A stretch of 55,795 nt of DNA, taken from contig JAYEMF010000149.1 in the NCBI GenBank assembly GCA_034717975.1, forward strand, positions 7,533 to 63,327, given 5' to 3'. The notes beneath the pieces are model-generated. The model did not search any database. It had not been told where the DNA came from and saw only the letters and a program-made list of their open reading frames with translations. Shown here one piece after another: positions 48,019 to 55,795 of the stretch. A program made the position numbers and the translations under genes. This stretch comes from Campylobacterota bacterium. GTDB taxonomy: Bacteria; Campylobacterota; Campylobacteria; Campylobacterales; Sulfurimonadaceae. The number at the start of each line of letters is the position of its first letter. The first letter of the stretch is position 1.

Positions 48019-49060
48019 CTTTATCCTTTATAATTGCTGCGACACGTGCAGAACTTCCATGCTGCAAGTAGTCCCTTAGTGCTTTTGAATCTTTGAAAAA
48101 CTGTTCTCTGTCATAACATTCATACGATGCCAAAAGATTCTTGACTGTCACATTCTCCTGGATGAATTCCGGATGCAGTGCATGGTCGGAAAACTTGGTA
48201 AACATGATGTTGCCTAGACCCGCATAATCAAGTTTGAGCAGTAGGTTCCCGATGAAGTAGTCAAGTGGTTTGGCGATATAGCTCAAAATAAACGGAGTAC
48301 CGATAAGGGATGCCTCGAGGGTTGCCGTCCCGCTGCAGATAAAGGCAAAGTCACTTTCATAGAGGGCCTTGTGGGCATCGCTGGTACGTTCAAAACCAGT
48401 GAGGTCTCCGTAAAGTTCCACCACTTTTTTCTCATTAAAAAAATCAGGAATGACGACAAGGGCAGGTTTGTCCAGCTTTTGGCGTACTTCTCTGAAAACC
48501 GGCATCAGCTTGGTGATCTCAGCCCGGCGGCTTCCGGGCATAAAGACGATCTTGCCGTTACCATCGAGTGAGGTTTTAAACTGTTTGATCTCATCGAGCA
48601 GCGGATGGCCGACATACTCGATCGGTGCACTTTTACTGTAGTGATCTTTCTCGAACGGCAAGATCGAGGCGAGATGGTCGATGGTGCGTTCAAGTACAGG
48701 AATACGCTTCTTCTTCCAGACCCATGCCTGCGGCAGGATGTAGTAGATGATCTCTTTATCGGGATAGCGTTTTTTGATCGCTTTGGCCAGAGGAAGGTTG
48801 AACCCTGAAGAGTCGATCAGGAGGACTTTGTCAGCCTCTGCGGCGAGCTCGACCATCTGATCTTTGAGTTTGAAGAAAAAACGGAGTTTTTTGAGGGCAT
48901 CGACGATCCCCATGATGGCCAAAGAGCGCAGGTCGATCAGGGGGTTGCCAAGTTCCTCGTCGAAGATACCCATAAACTCGACATCTGCACTTAGCTCAGA
49001 TTTCAGGGCTTTGAGATGGACATTGGCCGAGTGCTCAAGTGCCGATACTAGAAGTTTCAT
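48008..49060 (-). CDS. lpxB: Lipid A disaccharide synthase
   Basis: ALE.SA, ID..GFN, PQAWVW, ILPFE, VGHPL, PGSR, SGTATLE. Confidence 0.93.
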   Translation of the reverse strand: MKLLVSALEHSANVHLKALKSELSADVEFMGIFDEELGNPLIDLRSLAIMGIVDALKKLRFFFKLKDQMVELAAEADKVLLIDSSGFNLPLAKAIKKRYPDKEIIYYILPQAWVWKKKRIPVLERTIDHLASILPFEKDHYSKSAPIEYVGHPLLDEIKQFKTSLDGNGKIVFMPGSRRAEITKLMPVFREVRQKLDKPALVVIPDFFNEKKVVELYGDLTGFERTSDAHKALYESDFAFICSGTATLEASLIGTPFILSYIAKPLDYFIGNLLLKLDYAGLGNIMFTKFSDHALHPEFIQENVTVKNLLASYECYDREQFFKDSKALRDYLQHGSSARVAAIIKDKDED

Positions 49061-49422
49061 GATCCTCCATCTCCCCAGGTCTGATAGGATGAATCATATT
49101 TTTCTGTCATTTCATCATGATATTGATTGAGAAAGGTTGTCAATAGGTCGATCTGCTCATCGCTCAACCCTTTTGCAAAGGGGATCATCATCTCCTGCTG
49201 CTGATTGTCCGAGATCTCACTTCGGAAACGTTCGAGCTTATAGGTGAGAAATCCTTTTGCCCGGTTGGCGAGCAGAGGGTAGCCGGTCATCCCTTCGGCC
49301 TTGGTACCGTGACAGCCGTTGCACCCTTTTTCAAAGTAGAGCTTTTCACCTTTTTTATAAAGGGCGTCGTCTGCATTTGTCATTGTGCTCAATAGTAAAA
49401 ATGGTATTAGATATTTCACCAT
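49057..49422 (-). CDS. Cytochrome c553-type monoheme protein
   Basis: Signal peptide from ATG 49422 (MVKYLIPFLLL), CNGCHG, YP.LA, MM axial Met. The upstream extension in the ORF track overlaps pyrC and is spurious. Confidence 0.85.
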   Translation of the reverse strand: MVKYLIPFLLLSTMTNADDALYKKGEKLYFEKGCNGCHGTKAEGMTGYPLLANRAKGFLTYKLERFRSEISDNQQQEMMIPFAKGLSDEQIDLLTTFLNQYHDEMTEKYDSSYQTWGDGGS

Positions 49423-49485
49423 AACCCTTACAAAATCTTTCTTGCAATATAATAGTGCAATTATATCCAATTGTATGAGGTTCTC

Positions 49486-50703
49486 ATGGTCATTACCAAT
49501 ATTGTTGTCTGTGACGCAAAAGGTGAGCGCAGGGCAGATGTCAAAGTCGTCTCGGGCAAGATTGTAGAAGTTGGGGATGATCTTCAAGACAGTGAGGTCA
49601 TTGATGGCAAAGGTGCTTACCTTCTTCCCGGCCTGATCGATGCCAATGTCAGGTTGAAAGATAGTCTCTTGAGTATAGCAAGCATGGAAAAACTGGCAAA
49701 TGAAGCACTTCGGGGTGGAGTGACTACTGTCGTGATGGCACCTGATTGCAAACCGGCGGTTATCGATGAGATCAGCCTGGAGTTTATCCAGAAAAACCGA
49801 GAACATCTGCAGGGTGCTACGATCGAGACAATGATTGCGACGAATGATGAGGATGAGATGCTCAGCAATATCGCCATTTTGCTTAAACGGGGTGCGGTGG
49901 CTCCCTATATGACGACTTCCATTCGCAATAATGTCGCCTGTACGATTGCCCAGTATGTGAAGATGTACGATACGACGCTCTTTTGTAAAGCCCAGGATAC
50001 CAGTCTCTCTTCCGTCGGTGTGATGACAGAGGGTGCCGTTGCGACAAAACTCGGTTTAGTCGGTATACCTCCACTGGGAGAAACGGTGCATGTCGCCAGA
50101 ATGATCGAGATCGCCCGTGAGTTTGATATTCGTATTCTCTTTAAAAGCATTGCATCACCGCGCTCTATCGAGATGATCAACCGTGCCAAGCAAGAGGGTG
50201 TCGATGTTCAGTGTGAAGTGAGTATTATGCATCTGATGCATTGTGATGAGGCATGTGACGGTTTTAATACAACGGCCAAAATCACACCGCCACTGGCGAC
50301 AAAAGAGAATATGCTGCTGCTTCAAGAGGCACTCAAACGCGGTGAAGTAGATCTGCTGAGCACACTGCACCGCCCCAACTCTCCGGTGAACAAAGAGGTC
50401 GCGTTTGCCGATGCCTCTTACGGGAGCGAAGCCATTACCGAAGCCCTGCCTCTGTACTACAGCAAGCTGGTCAAAGGGGGTTTGATCGACCTGCCGACTT
50501 TGATGAAATTGACAGCGCAGCGCACTGCTGCGCTTATTGGTAAAGAGGGCGGTATGATCGAAGCGGGAATGGACGCTGATCTGATTCTGTTTGATCCTGA
50601 GGGGAGAACAGAAATAGATAACCCGCAATCACTGTTTGACAAAGAAGTATTGCAGGGTGCCATCACCATGCGCTTCAAGCAGGGTGCCTACATCGGGGAT
50701 TAG
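49486..50703 (+). CDS. Dihydroorotase homolog, probably the inactive PyrC' type
   Basis: PGLID, A..GG.TT, K..PPL amidohydrolase fold. HxH metal motif replaced by NVR. ATG 49486 follows gagg. Confidence 0.8.
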   Translation: MVITNIVVCDAKGERRADVKVVSGKIVEVGDDLQDSEVIDGKGAYLLPGLIDANVRLKDSLLSIASMEKLANEALRGGVTTVVMAPDCKPAVIDEISLEFIQKNREHLQGATIETMIATNDEDEMLSNIAILLKRGAVAPYMTTSIRNNVACTIAQYVKMYDTTLFCKAQDTSLSSVGVMTEGAVATKLGLVGIPPLGETVHVARMIEIAREFDIRILFKSIASPRSIEMINRAKQEGVDVQCEVSIMHLMHCDEACDGFNTTAKITPPLATKENMLLLQEALKRGEVDLLSTLHRPNSPVNKEVAFADASYGSEAITEALPLYYSKLVKGGLIDLPTLMKLTAQRTAALIGKEGGMIEAGMDADLILFDPEGRTEIDNPQSLFDKEVLQGAITMRFKQGAYIGD

Positions 50704-50710
50704 TTTTCAT

Positions 50711-51866
50711 ATGGATTCCCAATATCCTGCCTACTCTGAGGAACAGATAACTGTTTCTGGTCTTCCCTCAGTTCTCTCTTTAGGGCACCTCTAAAAACCC
50801 TGGATATCATCAGAGGGCAAAGAAGGTGCAAGATTTCGTTTTAAAATCTTGAAGGACTACCCATAGGTAATTCAAGAGATTTTAGGACGGAAGATTGTGC
50901 CTTATTTGCCCTCCCGAAGGGCGTTACATACATGTCCGTGAGTCTGCGTTAGAACCTTGCCACCGTAGCCCTGCTACGCTGACAAGAACCTGCCTTGATC
51001 ACGAAAATGTATGTAACGCTGATGATTTCCAGGGTTTTTAGAGGTGCCCTTTATACAATTATCTTCCCAATAACCCTACCGTTTTGTTTCTTCCCGGAAC
51101 GATGGTGCATCCGCTTTTTTATGATGCATTTCTCTCCCGTATTGCAGAAGCCGGTTTCAATGTCGTGGGGATAAATTTTATTTCACATGGAAAGAGCCCG
51201 CGGGTTAAAGCGGAGTTTACCTTTGGTGATCTCGTTGAGAATACAAAAAGTGCCATCGCTTTTTGTCATGAGCATTACGGCAATAAGCTTATTGTTCTGG
51301 GCTCTTCGCAGGGGAGTATGGTGGCAGTGGCAGCCGTAGCCGATGAACAGAATATCACTGCCCTGTTTTTACATGACCTGCTGCTGCCCCAGCTGCGTGA
51401 GAGTCAAGAGCTTATCGCATTGCCAAAATGGCTGCGACCACTCTCTGCGGTGATTCCTCTGGTATTGCGTATGGCTGCATCTATCTGCCCGACTTGTCAG
51501 ATCACTCTGCAGAGCTATCTTGACCCAAAAAAACTGACCATGTCAGATGCATTGGTGGAGAAGTTTCTGAATGATCCGCTGAGCCGAAAAAGCTATCCGC
51601 TCAGCTTTATGGCATCACTTTTCAATATGGATCTCTCATCTGCCAGTGACGGTTCGCTCCGGGTTCCGATGCTTATGATTACAGCCAAAAAGGACCCGCT
51701 GTTCAGGCAGGAGTATATGAATCTTGTCTATGAAAAGGTTGCAGCACCGGAAAAAGAGATGGTTAGCTTTGATCTGCCTTATCATATCCTGTTGATCGAG
51801 GGGACAGATAAGGTGGTGGGAGTGATTATAGAAAAGCTTAACTCTTATTTTGACAAAAGCCAATAA
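50711..51866 (+). pseudogene. Alpha/beta hydrolase interrupted by a MITE
   Basis: ATG 50711 gives 24 codons up to the element. Removing the element and one TTTA fuses these in frame with ORF 51084-51866 (GSSQG nucleophile, KDP, H). Confidence 0.85.
50783..51049. mobile_element. 267-bp MITE, 31-bp TIRs, TTTA target duplication
   Basis: gggcacctctaaaaaccctggatatcatcag ... ctgatgatttccagggtttttagaggtgccc (30/31). TTTA at 50779-50782 and 51050-51053. No transposase ORF. Confidence 0.92.
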
Positions 51867-54681
51867 ACTCATCACTGCTGACGGGTCGCTGGAAGTGATA
51901 ACCCTGTCCGATCTGGCATCCGTGCTCTTTGAGGAACTGTTCTTGCGCTTCAGTCTCGATACCTTCGGCAACATTGCTGTAGCCCAGACTTGATGAGAGG
52001 GCGATGATCGCTTTGGTGATCTCGATATCGTTGGTGTCACCGGGGATCTCATCAATAAATGATTTGTCGATCTTGATCGTATCGAGCGGCAGTTTTTTGA
52101 GGTAGCTCATTGAAGAGTAACCGGTTCCGAAGTCGTCGATGGAGATCTTGAAGCCAAGGTTTCTGAAATCATCCAAAATTGTCATGTTGCCGGTGGTGTA
52201 CTCCAGAATGTAGCGTTCCGTGATCTCAATTTCAATGTTATGAGGCGAGATACCGGTTTTTAGCATGATCTCCTGGAAAGATTCGAGCAGGTCCTTCTGG
52301 GCAAACTGGATACTCGATACATTGATGGCAATGGTCTCGACTTCGATGCCGAGTTTCTGCCAGGAGATAAATGCTTTACATGCCTCTTCAAAGACAAAGG
52401 CTCCGATAGGAATGATCATTCCTGTATCTTCAGCTACTGGAATGAACTCAGCCGGTGAGACAAATCCGAGTTTCGGACTCTGCCATCGGATCAGTGCTTC
52501 AGCAGCGATTACTTTTCGGGTCTGAAGGTCATATTGCGGTTGAAAGTTGAGAAAGAACTCACTGTTCTCGAGTGCTTGTTGCATCGCCTGCTCCATATCC
52601 ATGCGCTTATGCATGTCAATAGAGAGCTGTTCCGTATAGTATTGGTAATTGTTTTTTCCCAGATCTTTGGCATGGTACATGGCACTGTCGGCATGCTTGA
52701 GTATCGTATGCATATCTGTGCCGTCATCCGGGAAGAGGGCAATACCGATACTCGCTGTTGTATTGAGAACATGGCACTCAACTCCAATGGGCTCTTTAAT
52801 GACATCCAGAATTTTTCCGGCGACGTGGGCCGGATCACTCTGGGTCTGAATAGTTTCGAGGATAACAACAAATTCATCTCCACCGATACGGGCCAACATG
52901 TCACTATCGCGCAGTGTCTCTTTGATACGTCCTGCTACGGTTTGAAGCATGATATCACCGATATGATGACCCAGGGTGTCGTTAATGACTTTAAATCGGT
53001 CAAGATCAATAAAGAGAATAGCCACCGTTGTCGTATTCCTCTCCGCGACACTTAAAATATGTTCAAGAGACTCTTTAAACCTCCTGCGGTTTGGTAACCC
53101 GGTCAGACTGTCATGGTGTGCAAGAAAATCAATTTTTTCCTGGGTTGAGATGATCTCTTGCAGATCGGTGTGGATAGCAATGTAGTTGGTGATCTCTCCA
53201 TTCTCATTTCTAATGGTGGAGATAGTCAGCCATGTCGGGAAGAGCTCGCCGGATTTTTTACGGTCATAAATTTTCCCTTTCCACATCCCATGCTCGGCAA
53301 TGTCGGACCACATTAGTTGATAAAACTCTTTATCCTGTCTGCCCGATTTGAGGATATTTGGTTGTTGACCGAATAGCTCCTCTTCAGTGTAACCGGTCAT
53401 TCTGAGAAATGCCTGGTTGACGGAGGTAATGTTTTTTTCGGCATCAGTGATTATAATCCCTTCGTCGGCATGTTCAAAAACGGCCGCTGATTGCTGGAGC
53501 TGTTTTTTCTGTTCGACATAATCAGTGATATCGAGTTTGATGGCGAGGTAGTTGATAAGGGTACCATCGACAAAAACCGGAACGATAGAGGCTTTTTCAT
53601 AAAAAAGAGAACCATCTTTACGCTTGTTGATAAACTCGCCTTCCCACTTCTCACCGCGGTCGAGTGTGGCATTGAGATCTGTATAAAAGTTCTCCTCCAT
53701 AAGACCGGATTTAAGAACATTCGGATTTTCCCCTATGACTTCCTGGCGGGTGTATCCTGTGTCTTTTTCAAAGACATCATTGACATAGACAATGTGACGT
53801 TTCGTGTCAGTCATAACAACCGAGTTGTCACTATTCTCGATGGCATACTTAAATGCGGAGAGTTCCAAAAAGGTTTGTCGTGAACGGCGGTAGTTAAACA
53901 GAAGCAGCAGAATAAAGAGAAATGATGAAAAGAAAATCAGTGTAACGATCTTTTTGTGTGTCAAAAGGTTTTTATTGTAACTGCTTTGGAGCTGTTTGTT
54001 CAGCGTGACAACACTCTCTTTTAAAGGGATGGATTTTGCTTCTTCCAGGATCTGTGTCAGTTCACTCATTTTTGACAGGACGAGGGTGGCATGGCGGACA
54101 TAATTGCCAATATCCGGATTTTTGCTATCAATCTGTTTAATCTGATTGAGTTCGCTATGGAGAATGTTCGTGTCAATTTCCAGATTGATCAGTATCTGCA
54201 TGATGGAGAAGAGGGTGTTGTTGATCTGGTCATGGGTGTCGTCTGTTATAGCCAGATCACTGTGCAGTTGCTTCTGCACATCAAAAATATAGTGAACCGA
54301 GTTAAGCATTCCGGAGTTGATAGACTTGAAGTCATCGCCTAATTGCTGTTTTGTATTGAAGTGTGACTCGATGTTGGTGAGCAGAAGGGGAGTCTTGTCA
54401 CCAAACCTGTGAGCTAACTCTGTACTTTTAAGTCTGTTTAGCTGGGAGTAAAATCGTTCAAACTCGGCATTCATTTTGTCAAAGTTTATGTAGGTGAGCT
54501 TCTGTTCAAAGATCGTATTGATCTCCAAATCGCTGATATTGAGATTTCCGGTCATCTCAAGGTACTTATGGTAGGCAGTGGTATGTTTGTCAATACGATC
54601 GAGTTGATAGTACAAAATGCCCAGGATGAGTGCAAATGAGAGAATGAAAAGGGTAATGAGATCTAAACCTTTAAAACGCAT
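51838..54681 (-). CDS. Membrane sensor diguanylate cyclase/phosphodiesterase (periplasmic helical domain, two PAS, GGDEF, EAL)
   Basis: Two TM helices, two PAS/PAC repeats, HDSLTGLPNR, GGDEF, EAL, DDFGTGYSS. Start at ATG 54681. Confidence 0.92.
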   Translation of the reverse strand: MRFKGLDLITLFILSFALILGILYYQLDRIDKHTTAYHKYLEMTGNLNISDLEINTIFEQKLTYINFDKMNAEFERFYSQLNRLKSTELAHRFGDKTPLLLTNIESHFNTKQQLGDDFKSINSGMLNSVHYIFDVQKQLHSDLAITDDTHDQINNTLFSIMQILINLEIDTNILHSELNQIKQIDSKNPDIGNYVRHATLVLSKMSELTQILEEAKSIPLKESVVTLNKQLQSSYNKNLLTHKKIVTLIFFSSFLFILLLLFNYRRSRQTFLELSAFKYAIENSDNSVVMTDTKRHIVYVNDVFEKDTGYTRQEVIGENPNVLKSGLMEENFYTDLNATLDRGEKWEGEFINKRKDGSLFYEKASIVPVFVDGTLINYLAIKLDITDYVEQKKQLQQSAAVFEHADEGIIITDAEKNITSVNQAFLRMTGYTEEELFGQQPNILKSGRQDKEFYQLMWSDIAEHGMWKGKIYDRKKSGELFPTWLTISTIRNENGEITNYIAIHTDLQEIISTQEKIDFLAHHDSLTGLPNRRRFKESLEHILSVAERNTTTVAILFIDLDRFKVINDTLGHHIGDIMLQTVAGRIKETLRDSDMLARIGGDEFVVILETIQTQSDPAHVAGKILDVIKEPIGVECHVLNTTASIGIALFPDDGTDMHTILKHADSAMYHAKDLGKNNYQYYTEQLSIDMHKRMDMEQAMQQALENSEFFLNFQPQYDLQTRKVIAAEALIRWQSPKLGFVSPAEFIPVAEDTGMIIPIGAFVFEEACKAFISWQKLGIEVETIAINVSSIQFAQKDLLESFQEIMLKTGISPHNIEIEITERYILEYTTGNMTILDDFRNLGFKISIDDFGTGYSSMSYLKKLPLDTIKIDKSFIDEIPGDTNDIEITKAIIALSSSLGYSNVAEGIETEAQEQFLKEHGCQIGQGYHFQRPVSSDEFIGFCQNKS

Positions 54682-54682
54682 C

Positions 54683-55603
54683 TTACTGTTTTGCCCTTGC
54701 TGGAAGTTCACCGGTCAGTGAGATCAGGAAAGCAACGATCTTTTCAACTTCCTCATCAGTGATGGAACGGCCAAGCTGATACATGGCCATGATTTTGACT
54801 GCCTCGGTAAGATCACCGGTTCTGCCGTCATGGAAATAGGGTGTTGTCCTGGCTATGTTACGAAGGGAAGGCACTTTGAAGTAAAACTTGTCACGTTCGC
54901 GTTTCGTTACGTTGTATCGTCCAAAATCAGCACTTTTGGCATCTTCCATGATGCCAAATTTATTGTAAAGATTGCCACCGACATTGATACCGTGGTGGCA
55001 GGAAATACACCCTTTCTTTTGAAAAAGGGAAAATCCTGCTTTGGCGTCGTCGGTGATTGCTTTTTGATCACCGCGAAGATAGCGGTCAAAAGGGGCATTT
55101 GGAGTGATCAGCGCTTTTTCAAACTCGGCAATGGCATTGACAATGTTTGCTTTGGTAATTCCGTCGGGATAGATGGCTTCAAATGCTTTTTTGTAAGGTG
55201 TGCCATAGAGTGTTTTAATAAGGTTTGGAAAGGTGTTACCCATTTCAACAGGGTTTTCGATTGGTCCGAGTGCCTGTTCGGCAAGGTCTTTGGCACGACC
55301 GTCCCAGAACTGTCTGAAGTTGAAGACGGCATTGTAAACCGTTGGTGAATTGATGATACCCTCTTGCCCTTTGATACCGAATGAGAACTTCAGATTGTCG
55401 TCACCACCGTTTTCCAGATTGTGACAGGTAGCACAGGAGATGGTGTTGTCTTTAGATAGGATGGGATCAAAAAAGAGTTTTTTACCCAGTGCGGCCTTTG
55501 GTTCATCAACTTCCATCTCTAAAGGCAAAGGATCAATCATACTCCCCATCAAAGGAGATAAACCGGTCATTATCATTAAAAACAGCTGCCGAAAATATCG
55601 CAT
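54683..55603 (-). CDS. Diheme cytochrome c peroxidase family protein
   Basis: CATCH, NSPTVYN, QFWDGR, CISCH, FKVPSLRN, PYFHDG. Start at ATG 55603. Confidence 0.9.
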   Translation of the reverse strand: MRYFRQLFLMIMTGLSPLMGSMIDPLPLEMEVDEPKAALGKKLFFDPILSKDNTISCATCHNLENGGDDNLKFSFGIKGQEGIINSPTVYNAVFNFRQFWDGRAKDLAEQALGPIENPVEMGNTFPNLIKTLYGTPYKKAFEAIYPDGITKANIVNAIAEFEKALITPNAPFDRYLRGDQKAITDDAKAGFSLFQKKGCISCHHGINVGGNLYNKFGIMEDAKSADFGRYNVTKRERDKFYFKVPSLRNIARTTPYFHDGRTGDLTEAVKIMAMYQLGRSITDEEVEKIVAFLISLTGELPARAKQ

Positions 55604-55743
55604 ATGACTTTCCTTCATTATGCAAATTATTATAGCAGATAATTACTTGTATCATGAACGCTTAAAGAGGGCTATTCTTAAAGGAAAAATATTTTCCTTT
55701 TGTAAAAGTAGCTCTTTAATAACAAGAGTCTATAATACGTTTA

Positions 55744-55795
55744 GGGCACCTCTAAAAACCCTGGATATCATCAGCGTTACATACATTTTCGTGAT
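55744..55795. mobile_element. Second copy of the 267-bp MITE, inverted, truncated by window end
   Basis: 51/52 identical to the reverse complement of 50998-51049; preceded by TTTA. Confidence 0.9.

Noticed and set aside
49423..49806. N-terminal extension of the cytochrome c553 ORF
   Set aside because: It overlaps the pyrC-like gene on the opposite strand, and a signal peptide begins at 49422.

Overview
This is a chromosomal window from a Campylobacterota bacterium (Sulfurimonas/Sulfurovum-like), judged from the nadE-lpxK-thrC gene order, the HQWRQPL kinase H-box and the nirS/norCB type. Housekeeping genes include cmoB, nadE, lpxK, argB, cutA, msrBA, thrC, ppk2, dsbD, lpxB, gnnAB and an inactive-type pyrC. 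A denitrification cluster holds norCB, nirS, nirC, nirJ, nirF, nirE, a fused siroheme decarboxylase and precorrin-2 dehydrogenase. It is flanked by two paralogous pentaheme cytochromes and carries three Crp/Fnr-type class II promoters. The most unusual element is an AT-rich four-gene operon (16065-21450) encoding a corrinoid protein, an MtaA/CmuA-family methyltransferase with a degenerate Zn motif, an ATP-dependent corrinoid reductive activase and a soluble GAF-GAF-PAS histidine kinase. No substrate- or acceptor-side partner genes are present, so it is a candidate cobalamin-based sensory system. Also found: two MITE families with target-site duplications (one splits an alpha/beta hydrolase), REP-like hairpins, two small proteins below the ORF-track cutoff (a 34-aa lipoprotein after ppk2 and a ~51-aa membrane protein after norB), an LpxA paralog lacking its catalytic residues, and a cytochrome c peroxidase coupled to a PAS-GGDEF-EAL sensor. 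All calls come from reading motifs; no searches were run.
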